From positions 496,001-560,000 of the forward strand of contig VJWM01000016.1 in NCBI GenBank assembly GCA_010909165.1: a stretch of DNA of 64,000 nucleotides, given 5' to 3'. Source of the DNA: Anthoceros angustus (lineage: Eukaryota > Plantae > Anthocerotophyta). How positions within the stretch are numbered: position 1 is the stretch's first letter; each line of letters starts with the position of its first letter. The position numbers and the translations under genes are program-made. The notes under the pieces were generated by a model. It saw only the letters and a list, made by a program, of their open reading frames with translations, searched no databases and was not told where the DNA came from. Shown piece after piece: positions 25,240 to 37,840 of the stretch.

Positions 25240-28200
25240 TGTTGGCGTCCTCGCCAACTTATTTAATATTTCTTGACCCGCCAACGTTGTGGCGGGGTGA
25301 GCCACTAAAATCTTGAGTTGAATTGATCCGTTGTCGAAAACTTCAAACTCGAAGGGCCCCATCCATCGAGATGTAATTTACGGAAAATGCATGTATCGGT
25401 TATCATATAGTAAAGCGGATCCCGGGAACAACGTATTCTTGGCGCTTCAATCTCTTGTCGTGCCACTCCTTCCTCCTTTCTTTGGACATCCCGCATAACT
25501 TGGAGGCTTGTTCTCATCCTCCGTGTGTCGTGAAACCCACCAACCTTTCCAAGCGACTTTCCTCCACGCATTCGACTTGGTTCCTGTATTCTCGGGGTGG
25601 AACTTGAATTCTATTGGCATACGGAATGCCGTAAGTAAGATAATACGGGGTTTCTGCGTTGTCACTTTTCCATGTCCGATGCGCCCAGTCTTGAATGCGA
25701 TTTCATATCGATCATACGCATAGCGGTGAGTTTGGTTAGGATCTTGCACAACAAGCCATTTGCCTTTTAGTGACCCATTGGCTTTTGGGTTATAAGGCGT
25801 GGACTTCACATGGCGGCGTTGAAGTGGTTGGTCATGTTGGAGATTACGATTGAGAAATGTGTTCCTCTGTCACCCGGCTCCAGTGCAGCCATATCGGTGA
25901 TGATTTGCTCGAGCAGAATCGCGGCGTGCGCGAATCTGGCGATTCGTGCTTCTACCATCCGCGTCTCGATGTCTGTGGCCACGGGATGTATTGGTTTTGG
26001 CGAGCCTTGGTTTTGGGTGGATAGGCCGACAAAATCGATTCCCCCCCGAATGGTGCGGTGCAAGTATGGGGACAAGGGGCCATTGGGTTGTTCTTGGCTT
26101 GCCGACCCTTTGGCAAGCGTCACGTCGCTTCACGAACTGGCATCCTTGTACATTGTAGGCCACCAATAGCCGCCTCAAAATTTTCTCGCATGTGACATCG
26201 GCATAATGACCTCCGCCTCTTCTTCGTGTAAAGAGCTCGGGACTCTCACGCTTGATGCGTACCATAACCGCTCCGCCGTCGTGACTCGGTATAAATTCAT
26301 ATTGTGCCGTGTGAATGGTGCGGAGTAGTGGAATGACGCTTTGAATCTGTCTTGGATAGATGTGGAGGAATTTGGCGTGCCAAGATAATCGTATATCTCG
26401 ATATGTTGGTCTTGAAGCCTCCCTTCTCAATCGATCCCTCCCAGGCTTCACTCGTTGGTTTGCAACTCCTGCAGTGTCTCATCGGGAAAGTCGTCTTCGT
26501 CCACCTTTCCTTCTGTTTTCAATCGAGATATGAAGTCGGCATTGATATGCTTCCTCTCTCGTTTCCTTTGTGAAGGTAAACTCACAGCAAGATCCAGTGC
26601 TATTCCGAAGGTCGGGGTTTATTCACAAGGTGTTTCAAGGCAAAGTGGTCAACATGGAACACAAATTCATACGAGGAGGTAGTGTCGAATTTCGACCGAG
26701 TAAACCATTCCGATTCTTGGCGCTCCGTGGTGGTATACTTTCGCTCGCGTCCGTTAGTTGTCTCCGGCATAGTAGATCGGAAAATCCTTCTTCTTCTCAT
26801 CCGTGCTAAGGGCCCAATTGCAAATCTGAAACATCAGCAGCGTGGAACTTCTTACTCGATCCGGTCCTTTTAGCGTGGGGCTGTAGCGGTGTGGTGCGTA
26901 AGTCACGAATGCTTCCTCCCGTTCGTCGTCCATTCCTCCATCCTTCCTTAACAAGCTCGTTAGTGGGCAGCCGCTTGGCGAAATTTGGAGCAAGCGTCTA
27001 TAATGACCATCCCGGGAACCGCGGAGTTCCTTTAGCGTTGTTGGTGCTCTAAGGGTGGCGATGACCTTTACCTTGTCCGGATCTACTTCTATACCTCGGC
27101 TTGAAATTCGATGCCCCGAATTCCTCGACATGCGGTAGCACTACGGATGCGAGCATAATTGCGTTGCTCGACGGCGCTCCGAACGCCGAGGTGCGGCGGA
27201 TGGTCCTTGCGGATCGTCCGGAAAACTTCCATAAAGTCGCGGAGGAAGTCCTTGAAAATTTTGACGATGGCTCGCATGAAGGACCCGGTGCTCCGTCAAA
27301 TGCGCTGCGCTTGTAAGCATATGTCCCCGATCGGTTGTAAAAGCGGTCGAGGCCAATCGCTCTCCCTAAGGTGCGGTGATTATACCAGTACCGTCTAGGA
27401 ATGAATCGCCATTACACTGCGACGGATCCGAGGATATTATCGATGAAGGGTAGCGGAAAGTGATCCTTCTTGGTGACCTTATTCAACCTTCTCCGGTCGA
27501 CAAACTCGGATTTTGCAGGCCTCTTAGGTACTACCACTATTGGAGCCACCCATTGTATTGACTATAGGATAGATCACGTCCGCCTTGGTACATCTCCAAG
27601 CGATCCTTTACCTTGAGGAGTACTTGGATTTAACTTGTCTTGTGGAATCCTTGGGATTGCTCACGGTTCCAGTCAATCCTATGCTCGCCCCATTCTTTGG
27701 GGATCCTTCATGTACCTCGGCGAAAACATCGATGAATTACGCAGCTTGCTTCATTCCTTCCTCCAACGCCGCATCCATTGTTACGGAGAATTTGAGCACC
27801 TTCCGGAAGAACCTCAACGTCCTTGACTTCATCGGCACTCGCTCTCAGTGCGGTGCTAACCCGAATCCTTCTTCGGCTCCGTTCCTCTTCTCTCATGCCC
27901 CATTCCCTAAACAAATCCTCCGGCGTGAATGCGTGGCGCCTCCTCCAGCTTTCTCCACTGCTTTTGTTAGAATCCACCGGACCCCTTCGCGGAGCATTCG
28001 GCGGTTACCCGTAGACCCTCGGTTAATTGTATATGGATATCTCTGCGGTAGTCCGCTCCTCATCGACCATGAGATGTGTGCGAGCAGGAACCTATCTTCC
28101 TCTTCATCTCCCGGACGTGTCCTCTGAGAGTGTACCCTACATTTTGATTGGAGTTTCACGCATACATGTCCTTACTCCACGATAGGCACATCCTTCCCTC

Positions 28201-30900
28201 CTTGGTCTTGGGATCCCATTCCAGCGGTTTAAAACCGACTTCCTTCCCCCAGGCGTGCATTGCGATCGTACATCCATGTTCGGCCAATTAGGACGTCGTA
28301 CCACAGCGATTTTCTTTGGATGACTACATAATCCATCAAGTAGGGATGGTTCCAATGGTCGTTAGCACCCTGTCGGTTCCCCAAGCACCATTACGGACAT
28401 GTCGGCTAGCCTCAAAACCTTGGTAGTATGTTCAATATCCAAGCCCAATTTCCTAGCCGTGTCTTACGTCATAATATTTACAGGCCGTGTCGAGAGGCAC
28501 TCCTTTAATGACACATCCGAAATTTCCACAGGTTGGTGGGCCTTGATCCACCATGGATACCAAGTTCACATGGCTGGTGGTATAGGAACATTGCGCCTCT
28601 TTTTGGGTTGCGCCTCTTTTAACGCCCTCGATCTGTTGCCTATACGCGGATTGTCTCGGAGTTGTCCGAATGTGATCATGAAATGTTGGTCCATGATGGC
28701 CTCGGCGAGATTGAAGCGGTGGCCCGACCTTCGCCATCCGATTTGGTTGGTGTGGGTTCCGTTCGTCATGACTTGGTGGTGGCCCTTCCGGTGGGGTGGT
28801 GGACTCCCACAGGGTGGTGGAAATCGACACCCGCCTTTTCCCGTAGCCTCCTTGCCAATTCTTCTTGTATCATATCCATGACTTCGCCCGTCGTCCTGGA
28901 AACCCTAACTCGGTTCGGTAACTTTCTCGAAATCGGTAGGGTTCCACCCCCTTGACTTTCGTGACCCTTCATTCACCTTTCCGCCCTGGAACACTCAATG
29001 TCTCATTGCATCACTCTTTTGCACATATGGTCCATCCAAGTCACCTGCGGGACTTGTTTTTTCTTTGTTAGCGTTCCGGTGTTGGTATTTCCTTCATGGC
29101 GACACTCTCTCCCTCATCCGATCCGTGGTCGTATCCGCCTCCTTTCTTCTTTTTTCCCCCGCCTCTCTTTTGCTTTTGTGCTCCTTGTTCTATGACCATG
29201 AGGCTTCCCCATAATAATCGCTTCCTCTGCGTCTAATCCCTCCAAGCTCCTCGGGGTTCCAATCTCGGCATCCTCCCATACCGCCATAAGTGCGTCCTCA
29301 ACATGCATGGCGGACCGGACTTGGGTTTGGTCGTGAACTCCCGTTCGGGTGGGCTGATCCTCACCGTCTTTGGGGCTTTGGCGAGCACACTTCACCGCCA
29401 AATGCCCTGCGCTTGCAATCTTGACATAGTTTATCAAAATCTCCATTGCCTTGGAGTTGGATAAGGGCATGTGCGCATAGTGTCAAGGTTGCGATTATAG
29501 CACAAGGCGGTGCCCATTGGATTGTTACCCGCCCGGTGATTCTGACGCCTACCCGTGGAATTACGTAGGTTGGCCGGGTACATGGTCTTTGGGTACACGG
29601 GTTGGTTGAACCTCCGGATCGGTATGTATCTTCCCGGACCCTCTTCCTCCTCTTCCTCATATCCCGGCGGTGTACCCTTGTCGTCGGACAATTAGCTTTG
29701 GAGTGTCCCTGCCCGTTGAGCAGAAGAGGTTGGCTCGTGGGTTCGTGACTCTCCGCCTCTCATGTTCCTTGACCGCATTAAGATGGAATTTCGAATTTTG
29801 CCATCATCTCCTCCATCTTGTTCCCTGTTGTTCTACTTTCTTGGGCTGCCACCTCGGCCTCCCTCTCGCTTGTTCCGTCCTTTTTGCGTACATCGCCTCT
29901 GTTTTGCCCTCCTTGTTGTCCGTGCACGACCCTTCATTTCTTTTTCCATTTGGCGCGCTCCTCATCGATGCGCTTCCTCGAATCACTCGTTTCCTCCTCA
30001 GGAACTTTCATGGAATCTTCGTGGAGCTTTCTTCACGATGAACTTCCTTAGGAGGATGAGGATCCCTTCTTTTTTCGATCCTCAGGCTTCTTCTTCTCCT
30101 TCTTAGCCTTCCTCCTCCCTTGCGGGTTGGATTCCTCATAGTTTAGCCTTGATAGCCTTGCCCAAATTCTTCTCCGCTTGTAACCTTACGTGTCTCCCCA
30201 TCTTAGAACCCGGGCCTTTAGCGAACCACCGTATTGCTGCAACTCGAGTGAGGGCCACTTGATCGCGTGGTGTGAAACCTCTCCACATACGCAAGGTTTC
30301 CTTCTTTCCTCTGCACTTTTCAAGCTTGGACAACACGTATCCCTCACGTCAAGCCCCGAACCTTTCACGGAGGCGGTTTTAATTCTTCATAGGTTCTTTG
30401 GAGGTGTGGTGACTTGAGGTATTCGCCTATACCCCTGGACCCCCGAAGAACTCCATAGAACAATGAATCTGTTGTGCATCTCCGCTTCTGGTTTGCAAAT
30501 GTCGCTCAAAGCGCTCAACAAATTCATCGGTCTTCATACCCCTTCCCTCTCCATCGGATAAGGTTGCTTGGTGGTGACCACCACCGGCGTGGTGGTGGTC
30601 ATGACTATCGTTCTGATTCGTGTGGTTGGTCCAACAACGGTTCTGCGGAGTCGATTGATCTCCAGCGATCGCACACTTTTGGAAGAGAGGTCGTGGATGG
30701 AATTGGTCGAGGTTCCTTGGCGGTGGTACCTCGTCCAAGTCCGAGGTTGGGGATCTTGCTCCAACAAGATCGGACCCCGTCCCTGTTGCTTCCTTACCTC
30801 CTTCTCCTTCCAGCGGGTGCGTCTTCCTGGACCCTCCTCAACTCGCGGTTTTGCAACCTTTCCTTGTTATGCTTCTCTTGTGGCCTTCCGTCCGACTTGA
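25240..30900 (-). pseudogene. gag-pol polyprotein (frameshifted)
   Basis: Gag DEFVERFE, two zinc knuckles (~29390-29510), protease VPLDT (~28490), RT/RH ISSRGIEVDPDKVKVI and HFALKHLVNKP, integrase GGGHY, GIDFVG, DRGTHF and STPYNPKANG. Confidence 0.88.
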
Positions 30901-31000
30901 CTCTGAACCCTCTCAACGTGGCATCCATCTACCTAACTAGATACACTCCAAAACTAGACACCTAAGCTATGGTTAGTCCCCTATAACCTTGTGGTTTCAT

Positions 31001-31015
31001 TCCCCAGCAGCGCCA
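31001..31015 (-). promoter_or_regulatory. Primer-binding site, tRNA-Asp-like
   Basis: TGGCGCTGCTGGGGA 3 nt after the 5' LTR end. It resembles the TGGCGCCGTTGCCGGGGA PBS of Athila-type non-chromoviruses. Confidence 0.7.
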
Positions 31016-31018
31016 AAA

Positions 31019-34000
31019 TGTGGAATGGGTTTTGCATCCGAAGGCAAAGAGGCCACATTTACCCTCTATGTCGTTATAGTCCTAGGATTCGATCCCAAGG
31101 GAATGGTGTTGTGTCAAGGTGTGCTAAATCTATGGATTCTAGACCTACCGTCGCTCACTACCCCACCTTCTACCCACCCACCGTGGTAGACTCGGCCACC
31201 CGCGTGGCCTTGACAACGGCGGGCCTGTGGCGCCGGTCTATTCACAGCTTCTCTAACACGGACCTAGGGGCTATGGGCATCGGATACCTATATCGCCTCA
31301 CACTTGGGAATTTCTGCGATTCCACGCTTCCACTCTCACGCTTTCCGATTTTCCCTCACACGCTCTCACAATCCCTCCCACAGCTCACTACCCCAGAACC
31401 TTTCCCTTCCAATGAACTCTCCCTCGTCTCACGGGCCACAGACCCCTCCTTCCCAGGCCACCAGACCCCTGGCCACCTCAGACCCCTCATGGAATGAACA
31501 CACACAGTGGCGGTTGGAAAGAGGATCGGGAAAAACCCTGCTTGGGCGATTCGCCTTCGGCTTCCGCCTCGGTCTGCGGCTCCTACCTTTTCCGGCGCGG
31601 CTTCGTTACCCAGTGGAGCTTGGCCACTCCGCTCTCGACCATCCGAGATCTTCCGGCCTTCTTGTGACGAGGCGGTGCGCTGTTTGATCTTGACGACGTC
31701 TCCAATCAACCCCACCGGTTCGATACGGAAGTTCACACGAAATAAATCGTCTTTGAGAGACACCCAAAGGGTCTCTTATACATCGTGGTCCAACACGACT
31801 CACTTCTCTTTAGTGTCTAAAATTGTAGCTCCTACCACGGCGCCTTACCAATCTAAGCAACATGACTCTGGTGATGGAACTCCCTATCCTCGCTACAAAA
31901 GGAAACCCGGTCCTAGGCTATCGCGACTCCCCTAAAATCAGTGCCGCCTCATGATTCTTTGCCTCCCTCGGCCCATGGGGACCCTCTCTTCGCCCCTCGA
32001 TCCGAGCGATTTTCCCCACAACCTCCACCTCACTCTCCGCTGAATTTCCCTCGCGCCTTCCGCGGACGTTGCCTTTGTGACCTCTATGTCCATTGTCCGC
32101 TCCTCCTCATTTGGACAACCATACCCATGCTCCTCCCTCCATGCTCGCTGCCTCGCTCATCTCTTCCGGCACCACTTGCGGAGGATAGGCGCCCGCTCCT
32201 ACTCGAAGGAACCAGCAGTAGCGCTGTGGTCAAGATGACCGGTGGTTTACGCTCTCCCAACAACCACATACGCGTTTAGGTGAGCAGCTCACCATGCGAG
32301 CGAGGACATGAGCATCCTCATCCGGGCCGCGTAACTGTCGCCCCGATCTGGAGGTCCTTACCCTCTCCTCCGTGGACAATCCTGGGCGGCTGATTCTCCG
32401 GGATCATCCCTCCATCTGCGACACTCCGCCGGTGACTTCCCCACCTCGGTTCCCGTTCCACGGCGGTGGTGGTTTAGCCACCGTGGTTGCTTCCACGGTG
32501 GTTGTTTGGCTCCTGCGGTGGGCTGCTCGGCCTTCTTGGTTTGGCCACCTCTCTCTTGACCTGCTAGTCTCTTTCCGCTTGTACCTCTCGCTTCTTGAAT
32601 TTCTCCAAGGCGCCATCGCTTCCACTGCTCCTGGACTCATGAGACCTCATCGAAGCTCTTCAATTGTAGCATCGCCCCTTGACTGATTTACTAAAGCTCT
32701 GAGTGGACATGTTTCGCTCATGCCTTGCATAAGGCCGCCGCACTCCGTCTGCGCTCCTCGGCCGCCTTGCTCTCGCCTTCCAGCTTTCCAACTTCTCCTT
32801 GAGCAACTTCTCCTGTTGGCCTTGCACACTCGGCCGGTGAGAGCCATGGTGCTTGATCAGATCGCTGCGTCGTGCCATGGCAAGTCAAACCAAATCCCCA
32901 AATTGGGCTGTCCCTTGCCTCCCACCAATTCTCGGCGGTGTCTCCTATCCCCACCTCGGCCGGACGGTTCGGTGAAATGTCGCCAAAAATGTCCGGAGCT
33001 CTGCGGTCTCGGGCTGAAGTTAACCCTCCTCTCCTAGGGGTTGTGCCTTGCCTCTTCCGCTTCATTCTCCCTAGCGGATTCATCCCCACACACAGGAGGA
33101 GCAACTTGCCATTTCCCTTTATTTTCTCCTCCTTTACCCGCGTTCTGCTGCCGTCTTGACTGGTGACCACAGGTGTATGTGGGTTCCTCCTCTTGCGGTG
33201 CTCCCCTTTTCGCCGATCCCGTTCGACCGTTGCCGCCCTTCGCTTCTTACCCTTGGAAACTTCCCACCCTCTTCCGAACCTTCGAGCGCACTCCCAAGCT
33301 GGAATCCTTGCCGAATCCTCCTTCAATTCCTCCTCTTCTACCTTGAGTTCCGGCTTCCAACCATGCGGCGGACAACTTCAACTCAGTTAAACACGGAATC
33401 GCAAATACATGAATCGGAAAAGGCGAAATCAAGGAGGGCCGAGGGAAGGAGAAATAAGTCGCCTTCTCCTCAGGCTCTTTCGAAAATCATCCTCCCCAAT
33501 CAATTTGTGTACCCTTGACCACCTCGTGAAGAAAAACCAAGAAGTGATCCGCCATATGATCCGACTTCCGGTTACATAGGAAACAAAATCCATTTGGCCA
33601 ATCCCACATGTGAACACGAGTTGGCGAGTCACCCATATTCACTCTCACTTCCCGGCTTCATGGCGCGGCCTCTCAAGGTCTTCTTTCTGGGGTCAATCAC
33701 CAAGCTCCCATCCTCGATGCTTCTCGCCCATGCTGCTCGAAGAGGCCAAATCCGATTCTGCGGCCTTTTCCTCGCGTCACCCTCTTGCGACTTGGTCCTT
33801 AATTGCGGGCGCACTCTTGCACCAATGCGGGCGTCGTAGCACCATTTCTTCTCCATGAACTTGACCAGCTCGCACTCCACTCTCACTTTCGATGGTCCAT
33901 GTTGGGCCCTGCGTGTGAGATTTCGGCTCGGGCGCCATCTCCTTCTCGTTGTTTCCCAAAACAAAACCTCGACTACCCTGCAGTTACGGTGGAAGAAAAA

Positions 34001-34567
34001 AATCGAGCCTCGCGCTCCTTCCACGCCTCCTCGCGAACTTGCCGCGATTCTCTCTCCTCCGCGCCGCTCTCGATCGTCGCGCCCTTCCTCCTGCACCGGC
34101 GGTGATTTGGCTGGCGTCGTTGCTGTGCGCCCTCTTCTTGCAGCTCGCTCACCCCTCACGGAAATCGCGACCTCGCGTCTTTGGGTGTGCCCTTCTCCCG
34201 ATTGCGCTCCGGTGGTAGTCCCGCTCCGCCACTAGGGTTGTAAATTCCCCACACATGCGTCCGTTTCTCGGCCGTGGTGGAACTAGCCACCACCCACTTG
34301 ACTACTCAAGCTGGCATATTGTGAGCATCCCTAGCATATATAGACACCTTTTATTCTAAAATTCCCAATACCCAAGGACTCTATTTCTACCCCACCTCGG
34401 GTCAAACCTAAGGGTCGAAAATTATTATTATCTCCAAGGGCCAAGGACCATTCCGTATAAAAGACACTCGACGATTCTCAAAGCACTTTGCTATTCTAAC
34501 ATCCAAAACAAAAAAAATCGTTCATCGACACTTGGGAGCGGGGTTAGTGCACATGTGGTCTTCCACA
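31019..34567 (-). repeat. 5' LTR (~3.55 kb)
   Basis: TG...CA termini; direct repeat of 21645-25226. Confidence 0.92.
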
Positions 34568-35203
34568 CTCGGCAACCAAGGGCCACAACAATAACTGCTT
34601 TACACGAAAGTTAGCTTGACATCCATGCTTCACACTCTCTCCTCTCGCAATTTTGCACTTCGCTGTTTGAACACTTAAGAGGCCTTGAGGACTAGATTGC
34701 CGAAAATCCTCGGGCCCATATGAACACCAGTACCTGCCAGAACGTTCAGAACGTACAGTCAGTTCCTCACATGGCAGTATAAGTAAGGCTACCCTAAATC
34801 CCACAAGTCACTGTCCTGTTCAGTGAGTGCCACATGTAAGATAAGGTGAAGTGAAGACTACCAGTTAAAGTCAACGGAAAAAAATCAGGATGGTACCTCG
34901 TGTAGGAAAGGGCTGTGTGGACAGACGGTGTTATAGGTTTCAAGAGCTTGTTGGGTCCCTTTGAATCCTTCTTATAGAAATTTGTTGGATGCTCTTTGTT
35001 TGCGCTCATACCGACTACAAAGTCCACCACTCTGTCCATCAAGATGTGAGCAACACGAATCATCCGTGCCCATGTGCCCATTTCGAATGGCTCGAGGAGC
35101 ACACCCACTCCAAACTGCGGTGAAGTATCCGGGTTTAGCAATTGCACCACGAATGGTGTATCCGAGGCCGCTCCTCAAAATTTTTGCACTCGATGCGATC
35201 CAT
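34568..35203 (-). mobile_element. MULE/SWIM transposase, 5' portion with one intron
   Basis: VAHILMDRVVDFVVG..PTNFY, then a GT-AG intron (~34733-34895), then YWCSYGPEDF..KHGCQANFRVKQL..VAE. This joins in frame to IGLYEDNH left of the gypsy element after removing one TSD. Confidence 0.8.
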
Positions 35204-35596
35204 GTACACTAAGCTCAATCAAAGCTGCCCTTGACAAGTAAGATCATCATTAATCGAACCCCTTTGATCGGTAATGGCGAAACTTTGAACATAGCATCGT
35301 GAATTTGGGCAATCGCAGAATGAACATTAGGGTTAATGGTGGTTGCCCGAAGCTAGGTATTGTAGCGTAATTGGCGCATGGTTTACTATCGCGTGATGCC
35401 CGCACCGCCACACCACGCGAAATAGCCTGTTGGTATACACAACGGGTTCAGCTCACGGCCGGAGGATGAGAACTGGTAAGGCCGCGTCGTTGGGCGAAAC
35501 GGAATGGAATGGCTTTTGGCACCAGCCGTAAGGCCTGGCACAACCGTACCGCACGGGCTGTGGCAGGCATTAACTTCCATCGGGTATTGATGTGTA

Positions 35597-35665
35597 GGCT
35601 GTACAATGGTACAAGTTATTAAGTACCAAGTCCCATGACACAGAAAAATTGTGTGGACTAAAATA
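35597..35665 (-). repeat. Probable terminal sequence (TIR) of the MULE element
   Basis: gtccac-N13-gtcatgggacttggtacttaataacttgtaccat (minus) matches 60306-60369 (plus). It sits upstream of the transposase, exactly where RPF1 breaks off. Confidence 0.55.
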
Positions 35666-35669
35666 CACT

Positions 35670-37286
35670 TCTTCGTCTTTTCTCCTCCCTTGCGGCGGAC
35701 AATTTCTGATTGGTTTTTCGTAGGAAAAACCTCCGTCGACTCTTGTCCACGTGAGGCTGCCAGAGGAGAGATCCACCAGTTGATGTAGCTGAAAAAAAAG
35801 CAACGCCAGGTGCCCCCAGGCAGTGACAGTGGGCCTCGCGTGTACCTGTGATGCTGGAAGAAAATAAAATCACGTCGATTGTGAGAAGTTACGACCCGTC
35901 GACCCTTGAAATTTGGGTTTTGGGGGCATACAGAAGCAAAAAGCCTGCACTGCCAAAGAAGATCGTCATATACTCGTAGACTTAGCAGTTCATTTGTCAA
36001 GCAATTCCAAGAGAGCTATAAACAAATGAAACCCACACCTGCCAATTCGATGCCCTAGGCGGGTTGTAAAATTGTTTAGAATAAGTTCAGGTATATGACT
36101 AGTTGCTCGCCCATGGCTCTGCATTCTACAGTTCAATCAAAAGTTACCAACTTGACTCCATACGCCAAATGTAGCAAAATGCCAACCCTCCACCAGGTGA
36201 GGCTGCGGCTTACCTTTATTTTCTTGCTGGGCACAAGGTTGGAGATTACAAAGTGGGCAGTAGGGCCATCCGGCAAATTTATAAGAAGCATACCATCTGT
36301 TGAAAACAAAAACACACCGATGAGTTCCACCTGAGCCTATAGTACCCAGAGGATGTTTTCCCAAGGTCTGGAGATATACAAGGCTCTTGGCGATTCTCGA
36401 TGATGACCATGATGCCAGAAAAATCTCGGTTCTTTGCATACTTCACAATCTGGGACACATCACGGAACCACCATAGGCCTGTAAGAAGCATGATATTATG
36501 AAAGGAGGGGGGAAACCTGACGAAAATGTTCACCTGTTTCAATTCATAGCTTCCGCGCTTGTAGCAATGCGCGTGCGGAATGACCTTTAACAGTTCCAAG
36601 ATGAACTTCCGAGTGGGCTGCATTAGAAGCTAACAACATGTGAGCCAAACTGCCTTTCCAGCACCGCGAACACACAGTAACAGTCACACATGAAAACGTC
36701 TGGGCAACAGCATATCATAGTCTCACGTTTGAGCACTCCTTGGAAGTTGTGATAAGCAATCTCGACTCCCGAGCTCGTGACAAATGGGCACTGAGCTCAT
36801 CAGTTGCGTCGTCTGCATGAAGCTGCAAAATCCCTCCTTCAGCCTTCCATTTGGTAGCTAGTCAAATCAAACAAAAATGCAGCCCCCTGAGCTCCCTAAA
36901 TCCTACAACCCACCTCTTCATCATCTGGCAGCGCAATTGTCTCATCTGGCTCCCTAGTGTTCTCAATGGTCCGGGGAATTTGCCTTGACGGAGGCTGCAA
37001 AATCCATACCCATCAGAACACCTTGCAGCGACAGCTGCTATACCCCCAACCCACCGTTCAGCAGCTTGCCGCTTCGCCAAGCTCTTCGGCCTCCTTCTCA
37101 GCAGCCAAGCGCGCCTGCTGAGCCTTCTGCTTATCCCTTTTCTTCGCGGTCTTTAACTTTGCATAAGCAGCAGCTCTCCGATCCTTGTTCCTTGTTCCTA
37201 ATCTGCGAGGGCAGCACAACCTTCTTACCTCTGCTATCATCTCCATCGTCGTCGTCATCCCCACGTTTACGCTTTCCCTCACCCAT
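35670..37286 (-). pseudogene. RPF1: Ribosome production factor 1 (Brix domain), disrupted
   Basis: Exons encode [78 protein letters not shown] and [26 protein letters not shown] 7-bp duplication (37184-37197) shifts the frame, and the C-terminal GPRFTLK part is absent. Confidence 0.85.
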
Positions 37287-37840
37287 GGTTCCAAGCCCAC
37301 AAGGGCGAGGGGGCGAACAGGTTCCTTAGATGAGGAAGGTTTAGGGTAAGCACACAAACGCTAAAGCCCTTGAAATAGGCGAGGAAAGGTCAATTCTTCT
37401 TTTGCTGTGGCTTTGCGCTTTGCGCTCTTCACTTGTGGGCGCATCTCGTATTTTGGGGTTAAAGTGGCAGTCACTCTGCCCGCCTTGTCCGACCAGGCTC
37501 GGCTTGGCCCCCAGTCTCTTGCAGTTCGTAGCTCGAAGAAATCATCCTTCTTTCGTTTGTCGGTGAAGCGGAGCGTTTGTTTGCTGGAGTTTTTCGGGAT
37601 CCTTCTAACCAGGTGTGGTACTGTTTTGATTTCTTGCTCAGCATCCGAAGTTGTTTTCCGAGCATCTTATGCTTGCTTTGTAGCTAAGCCACGCTGTAGA
37701 CACATTTGGCAAACAGGGGAACTCTGAAAGGTACTTCTTAGCCTTCGTTTCCCATGTTAGGAGGACTTACCGGTGTCAGTCATTTCTCTTCGCGACAATC
37801 TTAATGAAGCTAACTGTCAGTACCTTCCATTGCAGGAGCA

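Larger units (their letters stand above)
21645..34567 (-). mobile_element. Full-length Ty3/gypsy LTR retrotransposon (12.9 kb)
   Basis: Two direct LTRs with TGTGGAA...TTCCACA termini, TSD CTCG (21641-21644 and 34568-34571), a PBS and a PPT, and gag-PR-RT-RH-INT order. Confidence 0.93.

Noticed and set aside
37203-37228. 26-nt GT..AG micro-intron rescuing the RPF1 frameshift
   Set aside because: Too short, and splicing it creates an immediate TAG.
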